This document shows, piece by piece, positions 47,013 to 56,753 of a stretch of 64,000 nucleotides of DNA. The stretch spans positions 240,437 through 304,436 of IMG/VR virus record IMGVR_UViG_3300031414_000001. The stretch is one strand, 5' to 3'. Under the pieces are notes generated by a model. The model saw nothing but the letters and a program-made list of their open reading frames with translations, made no database searches and had not been told where the DNA came from. Every line of letters starts with the position of its first letter. The first letter of the stretch is position 1. A program made the translations under genes and the position numbers. The stretch comes from a virus (Duplodnaviria > Heunggongvirae > Uroviricota > Caudoviricetes).

Positions 47013-47060
47013 TTTTCGTGGGTAAATACTTAATTAATATTTTAAAAAAAGGAGTTTCTA

Positions 47061-48236
47061 ATGTTACCATTTCCAATATTAAATCAATACGGTAATGAAG
47101 TAGAAGTGCCAGTAGTAAAGTTTACAACATCTGAATATAGTTCAACCTATTCTATTCTTAAGAATGGTGTTCTATATTTGAGTGGGGATAACTCAATGTA
47201 TCAGATGGGTGATGGTACAACCACTAACAAATATAATACATGGATTAAAAGAACTGAAACAGAGGAAATAATAGCTTGTAGTACTGGTTATCGTCAAACA
47301 GTATATGTTACTAAAACTGGACGAGTTATGTTAACTGGCACAGATATAACAGTGAATCCTAATGTGGTTCGAACATCGTGGTATAATATCACATCAGTAC
47401 TAGCAAGTGCTATAGATACAAGTGCTATCAAATACATTAGCATAGATCGTAATGGTTTATTAGCTATTCTTACAGATGGTACAGTATGGGGTACTGGTAC
47501 TGATAATAGTGGATGGATGGGAACTGGTTCAATACCTTCAGCGTTCTTATCAATGCGTCAGATACATCCAGGTCCAGCAGTAGCATGTACAGCGGGTACA
47601 GGTGTAGCTCGAATAGTACTACAAGATGGTACAATTTTAGGTTCAGGTAATAATACATCGTATCAAATAGACAGTACTGGAGTTAATATCAGCACCTTTA
47701 CTAATTCATTCCCTACAGTAGATCCTAGTACAATATATCAATTTAAACTTGGTAATAATAATTGTATTGTCTTTTTAAACAATGGAACATTTCATAGTAC
47801 TGGTATGGGTTCTTTTGGAGCATTAGGAAATAATAATACAGCTTCAACTGGCAATAATCAGTACTACACAGGAACATTATCATTTACTCCTGCTGATATG
47901 CGACAATATCGACATTTACAAGGTTCAAGTGCTAGTGGATGGTCATTAGTATTATCAAGCACAAATGAAATGTATGGTTGTGGTTATAATGGTGGAAATT
48001 TAGTATCTAACAGTGTACACTATGGTGTGTTTACTAAATGTGTACAAACGAGTACATATCCTAATATGATGTTTTTATCTGGTTCAGGAAACACAGTACT
48101 GATAAATCCATATCTAATTTCTCCTACTTCAGTACAACTTATTGCCAGTTCTCCTAAAGCTACAAGTCCATATGCTCAATCATTAACACCAGCATTAGGG
48201 CTTACTACTGCTGTTACGGTTACATTACCAACATAA
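47061..48236 (+). CDS. MLPFPxL-tagged RCC1-like beta-propeller protein (391 aa)
   Basis: Tag MLPFPILNQYGN; repeats GDNSMYQMGDGTTTN, GTDNSGWMGTGS, GMGSFGALGNNNTAS. Preceded by terminator + GGGTAAATAC motif (47030-47039). Confidence 0.7.
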   Translation: MLPFPILNQYGNEVEVPVVKFTTSEYSSTYSILKNGVLYLSGDNSMYQMGDGTTTNKYNTWIKRTETEEIIACSTGYRQTVYVTKTGRVMLTGTDITVNPNVVRTSWYNITSVLASAIDTSAIKYISIDRNGLLAILTDGTVWGTGTDNSGWMGTGSIPSAFLSMRQIHPGPAVACTAGTGVARIVLQDGTILGSGNNTSYQIDSTGVNISTFTNSFPTVDPSTIYQFKLGNNNCIVFLNNGTFHSTGMGSFGALGNNNTASTGNNQYYTGTLSFTPADMRQYRHLQGSSASGWSLVLSSTNEMYGCGYNGGNLVSNSVHYGVFTKCVQTSTYPNMMFLSGSGNTVLINPYLISPTSVQLIASSPKATSPYAQSLTPALGLTTAVTVTLPT

Positions 48237-48237
48237 G

Positions 48238-48268
48238 AAAAGGCTCGACTTAGGTCGGGCTTTTCTTG
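48238..48268 (+). terminator. rho-independent terminator (GGCUCGAC-UUAG-GUCGGGCU + U-tract)
   Basis: Hairpin then TTTTCTTGTTT; followed by the GGGTAAATAC motif at 48276-48285. Confidence 0.6.
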
Positions 48269-48312
48269 TTTAAGTGGGTAAATACAGTAATAAGATTCTA
48301 AAAGGGGGATTT

Positions 48313-50385
48313 ATGTTACCATTTCCACAATTAGTCGTGTATGGAAATACAGCTCCTATTCCAGGAATAGGAATAAAAAGAATGAGCAATACACAACAAG
48401 GTACTGCTCAGATGTTACAATATTCGAATGGTGAACTTTATGCTCTTGGTGCTAATACTAATGGTAAGTTCGGATATGGTGGTGCTGGTGGTGAGACTAT
48501 AACAACTTGGACACAGTTAAGTACTGGTGTTCGTTTATATTCACTAGCACAACAAACAATGATATTAATAATGAATGACGGTACTGTTAAAGGTAGTGGT
48601 TCATTAAATAATATCTTTAGTGCTGCTACAGGTGGTGCGATTGCGAACAGTACTTCATTAGTAGATATTACTGACAGGTACAGTACTTTTAATATCCCAG
48701 GTATTAAACAAATTGTTCAGTACGATACACAGGTTCGTCAATACTTGATTGATGAAAACAATCAGCTATGGGGAATGGGTACAAGAACTTCATATGTGTT
48801 AGGTAATAATACGAACAGTGGTAGTACTAGTTGGGTTCAGATTGATAATGGTGATAATTGTCAAGAGATACAATGTACGGCACAGGGATTATGGATCAAA
48901 AAGATTAATGGTACATGGTGGCGTTGTGGTACAAATGGTAGTGGTTGTTTAGTAGGTGCTGCGGCATCGACAACTTATACAACATTAACACAATTCACAG
49001 ATTTTGCTAACTTAGCAGATGTAAGTGTATTGAGTAGCAGTTTAATGATTAGATTAACTGATGGTACAATGCGTTTCTATGGTACACAGTACTGGATAAA
49101 CAGTGTTGGAGTTACTTTTACTCCGTATACCCCTACAGTTTCTGGTGTATTCGCTATGAATATTTCAGAAAGTTATCTAGGGAACTTCCAAGCAATAACA
49201 ACTCCTAATGGAATTATGGGAGAGGGTACTAATGGTGGCGGTTCATTAGGTATAGGTAATACTTCTAATGCATATGCTGGAACATGGTATGCAAGTATAG
49301 GGGTATTCACAGACCCATCAAATACCGCATTAGATACTTCTAAAATTAAATTCTTGTGCACAGGAAACAACTCAGGATTCTTTGCTTATGAAGATGAAGT
49401 ATATGTGAGTGGTTCAGTAGGATATACACAAAGTGGTGCTGCTAGTAATGGTTTCTGGCAAGTACAGAGAACTCCTAGAAGTGCTATCTGGTCAGCGGCA
49501 GATAATCATCCATTATTATCAGGTACAGTAACCAATCTCAGTTCCGCTTCACCTGTAATGAATAGATATGGACATGCTACAGCAGTATGGGGTAAAAAGC
49601 TATTAGTTAATGGTGGTATTATTAGTTCTTCCGCATTTGCTGATACGGGTGAAATTAATATCTATGATACAGAAACTGGATTATGGAGTTCTATAGCTAA
49701 TACTACATCTATCACTAGATACGCACATGCGATGTGTGTTATAGGTGATGTAGCTTATATTTGGGGTGGATATACTTCTCCTAGTGGTGGAACAAATACA
49801 AATACTATGTATTCTGTTAACTTGAATACGGGAGTATGGACAAATTTAGCTCCATCAAATAACATAACCTTTGGTGCTTATGCAAGAATGGTTAGTACTA
49901 ATGATGGTATGATCTATATGTGGGGTAGAGATATTGGTACACAAATGTATCAGTACAATCCAACCACAAATTCGTTTGTTACAAAAACATCATCAACGTT
50001 CGCTGCTGCTGGTCCTGGTGGTAGTGGTGTATCATTAACTAATGCTGCTGGTGCAGGTTTTTGTACTGATGGTACTTATATGTATAACTGTACTGCTGTA
50101 TCTCAAATGGCAAAATATGATCCAACATCAAATACATGGAAACAATATCAAAGTAAAACTACCGGGGCAGTTGGTAAATGTTCTTTCTTAAATGGTGTTC
50201 TGTACTGTATTATAAACAACACACTATATTCATATAGAATTAGTACTGGTGTATGGACAACCGGTGCGGCTTCATTAATGCCTGGTACAAGAAACGCTGC
50301 TTCAATGGAAGCAATAAATGGTGCTTTGTACTATATTGGTGGTCAAGGTACATCAAGTACTGATAATTTTTACAAGATTCAATAA
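48313..50385 (+). CDS. MLPFPxL-tagged RCC1-like + Kelch-like beta-propeller protein (690 aa)
   Basis: Real start MLPFPQLVVYGN after AAAGGGGGATTT RBS. RCC1 blades (GANTNGKFGYGGAGG) and Kelch blades (RYGHATAVWGKKLLVNGG, RYAHAMCVIGDVAYIWGG). Same architecture as 41472..43502. Confidence 0.75.
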   Translation: MLPFPQLVVYGNTAPIPGIGIKRMSNTQQGTAQMLQYSNGELYALGANTNGKFGYGGAGGETITTWTQLSTGVRLYSLAQQTMILIMNDGTVKGSGSLNNIFSAATGGAIANSTSLVDITDRYSTFNIPGIKQIVQYDTQVRQYLIDENNQLWGMGTRTSYVLGNNTNSGSTSWVQIDNGDNCQEIQCTAQGLWIKKINGTWWRCGTNGSGCLVGAAASTTYTTLTQFTDFANLADVSVLSSSLMIRLTDGTMRFYGTQYWINSVGVTFTPYTPTVSGVFAMNISESYLGNFQAITTPNGIMGEGTNGGGSLGIGNTSNAYAGTWYASIGVFTDPSNTALDTSKIKFLCTGNNSGFFAYEDEVYVSGSVGYTQSGAASNGFWQVQRTPRSAIWSAADNHPLLSGTVTNLSSASPVMNRYGHATAVWGKKLLVNGGIISSSAFADTGEINIYDTETGLWSSIANTTSITRYAHAMCVIGDVAYIWGGYTSPSGGTNTNTMYSVNLNTGVWTNLAPSNNITFGAYARMVSTNDGMIYMWGRDIGTQMYQYNPTTNSFVTKTSSTFAAAGPGGSGVSLTNAAGAGFCTDGTYMYNCTAVSQMAKYDPTSNTWKQYQSKTTGAVGKCSFLNGVLYCIINNTLYSYRISTGVWTTGAASLMPGTRNAASMEAINGALYYIGGQGTSSTDNFYKIQ

Positions 50386-50394
50386 GGAGAAAAC

Positions 50395-51054
50395 ATGTTA
50401 CCATTTCCACAATTGGTTGTATATGGAAATACTAGACCATCATATTCTGGTGTTCTTGTAATGCATGCTGACAATGGTTTTACCGATTTAGCATCTCCAT
50501 CGAGAACTATCAATAAATCAACAACAGCGTTAGTTACAAGTACTACTCAACATTTACCGGGTTTAGTATCGTCATACAATTGTACACTAGGATACATTAT
50601 TATTCCAGCAGCTAATATGGCTGATATGAATATTGGACAAAATACTGGTAATTTTACCGTTGAGTGGTTTTGTTATATAACTTCAATGGCTGGAACTCCT
50701 TGGTATATAAGTTCAGGAACAGGTACTACTAGTGATGTTAAAGTGTTTAGTAGTACTTTATATCTACAAAATAGAACAGGAGGTTCTAGTGTAGCAGTAA
50801 GTACTATTAACAACAGTACATATGTTGGTCGTTGGATACATTGTGCTTTAGTTCAAGATGGAACTACCGTTACTTGGTATATGAATGGGACCCGTATACT
50901 AACTGCTGCTGGTAGATGGGGAGATGTTAATACTCCATTGAGAATTGGCGGTTATGAAAATGTTTCAAATTCATATATTGATCAAATACGAATAACAAAT
51001 ACAGCATTATATTCTGGAGCTTCATTTGTAGCACCTGAATATCCGTTAGTTTAA
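50395..51054 (+). CDS. MLPFPxL-tagged ConA/LamG-like lectin-fold protein (219 aa)
   Basis: Tag MLPFPQLVVYGN; C-terminus YIDQIRITNTALYSGASFVAPEY (LamG-like). Confidence 0.65.
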   Translation: MLPFPQLVVYGNTRPSYSGVLVMHADNGFTDLASPSRTINKSTTALVTSTTQHLPGLVSSYNCTLGYIIIPAANMADMNIGQNTGNFTVEWFCYITSMAGTPWYISSGTGTTSDVKVFSSTLYLQNRTGGSSVAVSTINNSTYVGRWIHCALVQDGTTVTWYMNGTRILTAAGRWGDVNTPLRIGGYENVSNSYIDQIRITNTALYSGASFVAPEYPLV

Positions 51055-51069
51055 TTAAAGGAGAAAAAC

Positions 51070-51843
51070 ATGTTACCATTTCCACAATTAGTAAAGTACG
51101 GGAATGTTAGAGCACCAGAATGGTACACCGGTTCAGATGTTCTAATGGCGTTCGATTCTGTTAATTTTGTTCCTAGTACTGGATTTAACACAAATGGCTT
51201 TACTGATTATAAAGGTAAAGTAATGACTTCTGATGCTCAAAATACTGGTAAATTACCAGCTAAAGCTGATGGAACAAATAGTATCTTAAACACCTTTGGT
51301 TCATATGGTATTATATTATATGGATCAGGTATTGTAGCTGCTAATTCTCAAATACTACCATCATTAACACAACAAGATCATACGGTAGATTTCTGGTTTA
51401 GAAATACTACTACAGGTAATGCTAATCTTGAGATGGTTCCATTTATGTGGTATAATGTAATGGCTACAAATAATGATAAATGGTGTATGTGGGCTTATAT
51501 GAAAGATGGTCAGGGTCCAAGATTTACTAACAATAATAGTAATACATTAAGAACTTTATCATTATATTCCACCATGTACAACAATACAAACTGGAACCAT
51601 TATGCTTATGTATTTGTTAAATCTACTAATACTATATCTATATTTCTTAATGGAATCAAAGTAGATACATTTACTTATAATATCATTACTCCTGCTGCTG
51701 GTTCAAAATGTGGTATTGCTGGACATGTGAATAGTACTGATGCTAATGGAGGTAGCGGTGCTCACACAGCAATAGATCGATTCAGAATTCGAAATACAGC
51801 AGTATGGACAGCAAACTTCAACACTAGTACAATATACCCATAA
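51070..51843 (+). CDS. MLPFPxL-tagged ConA/LamG-like lectin-fold protein (257 aa)
   Basis: Tag MLPFPQLVKYGN; C-terminus AIDRFRIRNTAVWTANFNTS. Confidence 0.65.
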   Translation: MLPFPQLVKYGNVRAPEWYTGSDVLMAFDSVNFVPSTGFNTNGFTDYKGKVMTSDAQNTGKLPAKADGTNSILNTFGSYGIILYGSGIVAANSQILPSLTQQDHTVDFWFRNTTTGNANLEMVPFMWYNVMATNNDKWCMWAYMKDGQGPRFTNNNSNTLRTLSLYSTMYNNTNWNHYAYVFVKSTNTISIFLNGIKVDTFTYNIITPAAGSKCGIAGHVNSTDANGGSGAHTAIDRFRIRNTAVWTANFNTSTIYP

Positions 51844-51853
51844 GGAGATAAAG

Positions 51854-52480
51854 ATGTTACCATTTCCAATTATAAACAAATTAACAGAACGTCCATCAGA
51901 AAATACTATTATTACATTTCTTAAAACTGGTGGAACTCTTACAAAAACTAATATAAATGAATCTCCTAATGATTTTTTCACAGAATCATATAACGCAATT
52001 CAATTCAATTCAGGATCAGCAAATATTCAAGTAGGTTCAGGTGGGATTCCTGCTATATGGCAAATAGGGAACAGTACTAACTTCCGCATTGAAACATACG
52101 TAAAGCTTTCAAATACTGGAACTAAAATACTATGTGGTAATCTTCAGAACAATGGTACTGGTTCATGGTGGATGGTATTAAACAATGTCTTTCAGAACAG
52201 TACAGCAGTTGCTTTAGATGGATTTAGTACTACTGGTGCTGTACAACGTTTCCATTTCACTGGAATGACAACATTACCAATTAATGTATGGAATCATATT
52301 GTGCTTGAACGTATAGGAAGTACTATAACATGTTATATCAATGGAACATCTATTGGTTCATTAACTATGACATTGGGTTTCCAGACACATTCAAACGCAT
52401 TTAGAGTAGGCGACAGTACTGACAATGCTTATAGCTTTAATGGTATTATAGATAGTTTCAAAATGACAATGAATGCATAA
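51854..52480 (+). CDS. MLPFPxL-tagged jelly-roll-like protein (208 aa)
   Basis: Tag MLPFPIINKL (divergent); C-terminal FNGIIDSFKM. Confidence 0.6.
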   Translation: MLPFPIINKLTERPSENTIITFLKTGGTLTKTNINESPNDFFTESYNAIQFNSGSANIQVGSGGIPAIWQIGNSTNFRIETYVKLSNTGTKILCGNLQNNGTGSWWMVLNNVFQNSTAVALDGFSTTGAVQRFHFTGMTTLPINVWNHIVLERIGSTITCYINGTSIGSLTMTLGFQTHSNAFRVGDSTDNAYSFNGIIDSFKMTMNA

Positions 52481-52490
52481 GGAGATTAAT

Positions 52491-53654
52491 ATGCTACCAT
52501 TTCCAATTATAAGTCAGTTAACAATACAACCTGCTAAGCCAACAATACAAGCATTAAACTTTGTTGCGAGTGGCGTGTATCTGTTATACAGTACTGGAGA
52601 GTTATTTTTTAGAGGTCGAGGAAATTCAGGTTATAAAGGCGATGGAACAAATACCGCTGCTCAATATAATTCATGGAATCCATCTAATACTAATGTTATC
52701 ATGGTTAGTACTGGCCCTGGCCCTGGTGTAGTAATTAAGAATGATGGTACTTATTGGACTACAGCAAGTTCTAATTATATGGGAATAAGTACTGGTTACG
52801 TTCAGTATAAATGGTCTGATTGTACTTCTAAATTCACAGCAATTACTAGCAATCCTGGTAATATTAAGCAAATAGTTTCTACTGGTGGTGGAGTTTTTGT
52901 TCTATTGTATTCAGGAGAACTGTATGCTATTGGTACTAATTCTAATGGTTGTTTAGGTTTAGGTACATCAACGTCTTACTCAGTAACTAACTTCACATTA
53001 GTTGGTACTAACGTAAAGAAAATAAGTGCTAGTTCTAATCACGCAATGTATATTAATAATAACAATACTCTATTCAGTACTGGATATAATATCATTGGAC
53101 AATTAGGTAATAATAGTACTACTACAGGAATATCATTTACTCAACTATCAGCAGGGCAATTAACAGCTTATCCATTTGTTCAGGATGTTGTATGTATTTC
53201 TAACAGTACTGTTGTTATTTCTAGACAAACTGCGGAATCAGCAAATATAATGTTAGCATGTGGTGCAGCATTATATTCAGGTACAGGAACAACGAGTGGT
53301 GGATATACTACATTTGTATACATTGGTACAATGAGTGGTACTACAGCTAGAGTTAATGCGTTGAGTTCAACTATGGGTTCAGCCAATAACAATATGATAA
53401 TGACAGAGAAAGGATTATATGCTATTGGTTCAGGACAATATTATCAGCTAGGTAATGGCAATGCTAATGATGTGTCAGTATGGACAGCAGTTCAAAGTTT
53501 ACCAACTACAGATTACAGTACGATCAAGTTTTTTGGTTCGAGTTCAGAAGGTTCTGCCTTTGTTTACCTGGACAAAGTTTACATTTTTGGTGTTTCTGGT
53601 CAATGGGGAACAAGTAGATCCTTACCAACGTTATCAACCGATACACCATATTAA
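52491..53654 (+). CDS. MLPFPxL-tagged RCC1-like beta-propeller protein (387 aa)
   Basis: Real start MLPFPIISQL after AAGGAGATTAAT. Repeats GTNSNGCLGLGTSTS, GYNIIGQLGNNSTTTG. Confidence 0.7.
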   Translation: MLPFPIISQLTIQPAKPTIQALNFVASGVYLLYSTGELFFRGRGNSGYKGDGTNTAAQYNSWNPSNTNVIMVSTGPGPGVVIKNDGTYWTTASSNYMGISTGYVQYKWSDCTSKFTAITSNPGNIKQIVSTGGGVFVLLYSGELYAIGTNSNGCLGLGTSTSYSVTNFTLVGTNVKKISASSNHAMYINNNNTLFSTGYNIIGQLGNNSTTTGISFTQLSAGQLTAYPFVQDVVCISNSTVVISRQTAESANIMLACGAALYSGTGTTSGGYTTFVYIGTMSGTTARVNALSSTMGSANNNMIMTEKGLYAIGSGQYYQLGNGNANDVSVWTAVQSLPTTDYSTIKFFGSSSEGSAFVYLDKVYIFGVSGQWGTSRSLPTLSTDTPY

Positions 53655-53661
53655 TGCAAAT

Positions 53662-53692
53662 AAAAAAACCCGCCTTGAGCGGGTTTTTTTGT
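53662..53692. terminator. bidirectional rho-independent terminator between convergent genes (A7-CCCGCcuugaGCGGG-T7)
   Basis: Perfect 5-bp GC stem flanked by A7 and T7 between the + cluster end (53654) and the - gene end (53694). Confidence 0.7.
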
Positions 53693-53693
53693 T

Positions 53694-54206
53694 TTACTTA
53701 GAAGGTAATGATTCTACCAATTCAACGTAACGATTGAATGCTTCATTAACTACTGGATCTGAATAACCAACGGTTATGGCTTCAATATCAGTACTACGAA
53801 GACCAATCAACTGACCTTCAGTATATCCAGTACTGTTAGAAGCATAGAACTTCTCAAACGGAGCAAACATATTGATACGACGAGCATCTTCATGCTGGGT
53901 ATCAGTATGGAAATGTTCATAAAACGAATGTTTTACAAATTCCGTATGAGTGATCTCCACGATTTGAAGTTTATACTTAATCGTAACTTCTTTCTTTTCA
54001 TCGTGTAGTTCTTTGAGCCTGAACTCTGCGTTTTCCAGGGTTCCGAAACATAATGGTTGTTGCCATTCACGATCACGTTCACTGAGGCTTACGAAGCGAT
54101 AACCGCCCATTGTATCGAACAACACAGTACTGGCATCATTATCCTTACAGATATAGAATGATGATGTACGTTGTTGTGGAAGATGAACAGTACTAATAAC
54201 TTTCAT
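53694..54206 (-). CDS. hypothetical protein (170 aa), co-transcribed with ygiB-like gene
   Basis: Intact ORF 1 nt downstream of the YgiB-like gene. Confidence 0.45.
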   Translation of the reverse strand: MKVISTVHLPQQRTSSFYICKDNDASTVLFDTMGGYRFVSLSERDREWQQPLCFGTLENAEFRLKELHDEKKEVTIKYKLQIVEITHTEFVKHSFYEHFHTDTQHEDARRINMFAPFEKFYASNSTGYTEGQLIGLRSTDIEAITVGYSDPVVNEAFNRYVELVESLPSK

Positions 54207-54207
54207 A

Positions 54208-54867
54208 TTAACCCCCGAAGCTACGTGAACCAGAAGAATGTGAACTGAAAGAACTATGAGATGAAGAACTCATTTTACTTACAGTACCGCCAAATCCACC
54301 ACGAGTGGTTGTAGTAGTCGTAGCAGCTTTAGGTGCTAATGAACTTTTAGGAACACTAGCAGTACCTTTAGAAGTAAAGGAACCAAATGAAGTACCTTTG
54401 CTATCTACGAACTTACCGTACATTGGAGAGTTGTAACTCTTTGAACTGTACAGTGGTTGGCTCGGATAGTTAGCATGAGAAGAACTATATCCGCTCATTA
54501 ACGGGAACCACATAAATGAACTATGTGAACCGTTAGAAGTACTTACGTTGTTCGCAGTACTGGCTTGTGAGTTACATTGACCGATGCCAAATTCATCTTC
54601 ACAATCTTTCTGAGAAGAATACTTAGGTGCGACCTTTGCGTTTTGTGCTAATGCGTTCTGGTAATCCAGAGCACATTGATCTTTCGCAGCTTGGTTAGCA
54701 GCACTGCGTTCACAATCCTGGATAGTGTTATACACTGAAACGTTCTCTGCTTCATCGCAGCCAGTAAGGAACATAGAACCACCAACAGCGATGAAGATAG
54801 CACTATATTTCCAGAAGGTGCGTACTTTGCGAAAACGGTCATAGTTCATTACTTTAGTACGTTTCAT
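54208..54867 (-). CDS. ygiB: YgiB-like (DUF1190) lipoprotein
   Basis: Lipobox FLTGC. Colinear similarity to E. coli YgiB along the length (SVYNTIQDCERSAAN, APKYSSQKDCEDEFGIGQC, FMWFPLMSGY, QPLYSSKSYNSPMYGKF, VPKSSLAPKAATTTTTTRGGFG, ...SRSFGG C-terminus). Confidence 0.75.
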   Translation of the reverse strand: MKRTKVMNYDRFRKVRTFWKYSAIFIAVGGSMFLTGCDEAENVSVYNTIQDCERSAANQAAKDQCALDYQNALAQNAKVAPKYSSQKDCEDEFGIGQCNSQASTANNVSTSNGSHSSFMWFPLMSGYSSSHANYPSQPLYSSKSYNSPMYGKFVDSKGTSFGSFTSKGTASVPKSSLAPKAATTTTTTRGGFGGTVSKMSSSSHSSFSSHSSGSRSFGG

Positions 54868-54917
54868 TTACTTCCCTCTCAATTAAAAACTCCCCGTACA
54901 TTGTACGGGGAATGGTA

Positions 54918-55235
54918 TTACTGCTGGTCTTTCTTGACTTCTTCGAACTCAGCGTCTGATTCTTTGGTTTCGTCAACCTTAGTTTCGTCGTGCTTCGCCG
55001 ATTCAACATCGGTCAGAATTTCCTGTTCGATCTCTTGGTACTCATAGTACGCCGTGTACGCAAGGTACAGGATGAAAATGAGCACAAGACCCAGCCACGA
55101 TGCCCACAGCAGACCAGACAGGGCGAGAGCGATATACAGTGGTGAGCATTCGATGAATTGTTTGAACTCCACCTTTACTTCATTCAGTACACGCTTACCT
55201 ACAAGTACTACAACATCTTTAGTGTTCTCGTCCAT
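54918..55235 (-). CDS. small membrane protein with acidic C-terminal tail (105 aa)
   Basis: One or two TM segments (LYIALALSGLLWASWLGLVLIFILYLAY) then an E/D-rich tail. Confidence 0.5.
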   Translation of the reverse strand: MDENTKDVVVLVGKRVLNEVKVEFKQFIECSPLYIALALSGLLWASWLGLVLIFILYLAYTAYYEYQEIEQEILTDVESAKHDETKVDETKESDAEFEEVKKDQQ

Positions 55236-55277
55236 CTTTGATTCCTCTCGTTCAGTTGATATACGTAGTATACGGGA

Positions 55278-55676
55278 TTACTCAGAGTCCGTCAAGGACT
55301 TTTTACGAGCTTTTTCTTCCCGCCGTGCTATGCTAGTATTACGAAGTGTAGTTAATCCTTTCACCAGTACTGCGAACACAGCAAGGAGAACAATATAACC
55401 AATACACATAGAACCGAACAGATTAGCCATGATTACAAAGAACATGGAACCAGTCAATACTTCCATCACCTTACACAAACAACCAATAATTGTCAGTAAG
55501 ATAATAGGTGAAGTTGCTTCCAGTGGGATGTAATTACCCAGGAAGTTAATCATACGATTGAAGGTATCGCTGACTTTATCATAGCCGAATGACCAATCAA
55601 CTGCGAACAGTACAGCAATACCAATCCAGAACCAGGTATACACACTGGCAATGGTTTCTAGAACAGGATGAAACAT
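55278..55676 (-). CDS. integral membrane protein (132 aa), basic C-terminus
   Basis: Four hydrophobic helices; C-terminal RREEKARKKSL. Confidence 0.5.
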   Translation of the reverse strand: MFHPVLETIASVYTWFWIGIAVLFAVDWSFGYDKVSDTFNRMINFLGNYIPLEATSPIILLTIIGCLCKVMEVLTGSMFFVIMANLFGSMCIGYIVLLAVFAVLVKGLTTLRNTSIARREEKARKKSLTDSE

Positions 55677-56026
55677 TATTTTTTACCTCGTTTTGATAAA
55701 CACCAATCCCTGATACATGATAAGAATGCCAGGAACATACATACACCAACTACCAGTACTACAATACATAACCACAGAGTCCAGATAGCATAGAAGAATG
55801 CCACTGGTGGAGCTACAGCACCCCATAGTAAGAATGGGATAGTAAGTATTACTGACAGTACTACATGGACAATACAAGTACCTACAGCATCATCTGTATC
55901 AAAGAATTGTTCTTCTAAGAAGTCATATAGATCAGTTCCTAGAGTCCACAGTACTAATACGATGACAGCCATTACCATGATGATATATGACGGCACAGGT
56001 GCGTAAGTCAAGAACAAATTATACAT
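55676..56026 (-). CDS. small membrane protein paralog A (116 aa, ...CLSKRGKK)
   Basis: 3 TM helices, GTDLYDFLEEQFF loop, basic C-terminal tail. Confidence 0.55.
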   Translation of the reverse strand: MYNLFLTYAPVPSYIIMVMAVIVLVLWTLGTDLYDFLEEQFFDTDDAVGTCIVHVVLSVILTIPFLLWGAVAPPVAFFYAIWTLWLCIVVLVVGVCMFLAFLSCIRDWCLSKRGKK

Positions 56027-56370
56027 TAGATTTTACCTCGTTTCGCTAAGCACCATGCGTTGAATGAATGTAATAAATGGCGAACTAAGCGAACACTGTA
56101 CATGAACAGTATGATTGAACACCATAAGTTGAACGCAGCCCAGCCATAGATAAGATTTTCAGTGAAGATAAGCCCAAAGGCATTAATAACTAATACCCAC
56201 CAGAAGTAGATCTTCATGAAGTCTAAGGAGTTCCACCATAACTTCTTGAAGCGATCATACCAGTCAGTACCGAACAGCCACATCATGTATACTAACAAGG
56301 TCAGTACTACATATACAGCAGAAGGGTAGTAGATGTATGGTTGTACGAAAGTCCAGATTGATTCAATCAT
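56026..56370 (-). CDS. small membrane protein paralog B (114 aa, ...CLAKRGKI)
   Basis: Same topology; GTDWYDRFKKLWW loop. Confidence 0.55.
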   Translation of the reverse strand: MIESIWTFVQPYIYYPSAVYVVLTLLVYMMWLFGTDWYDRFKKLWWNSLDFMKIYFWWVLVINAFGLIFTENLIYGWAAFNLWCSIILFMYSVRLVRHLLHSFNAWCLAKRGKI

Positions 56371-56705
56371 ATGCGGCGTCCTCGTTTATCTGCGAAGTAC
56401 TGACGAAGATCCATAATCTTACCATGAATAAAGATGGCTAAAGTTATGATTAGTACAATAGTGAAATAGCCTAAGTGGACATAAGGGGCTTTCCCAAATC
56501 CATCAAATGTTAGTCCGATTACTATTGAGGCAATACTAATACCTATGCTGAATAATACATGCATGAACAACGGTAGTCCTTCCGCAAATTTAGCACTACT
56601 ATAGTAATAGTCAGCACAGGTTAACCACCCAATACCAATTACTACTAATGAAGCTATATTCAGGAATAAACAAACCAGTTCAAGTACTTCAAAGATGTTT
56701 GTCAT
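56367..56705 (-). CDS. small membrane protein paralog C (112 aa, ...FADKRGRRI)
   Basis: LTCADYYYSSAKF loop, basic tail. Confidence 0.55.
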   Translation of the reverse strand: MTNIFEVLELVCLFLNIASLVVIGIGWLTCADYYYSSAKFAEGLPLFMHVLFSIGISIASIVIGLTFDGFGKAPYVHLGYFTIVLIITLAIFIHGKIMDLRQYFADKRGRRI

Positions 56706-56753
56706 TTGCTTATCTCGGTTAACAAAGAACTCCCCGAAGGGAGTTCTATCAGA

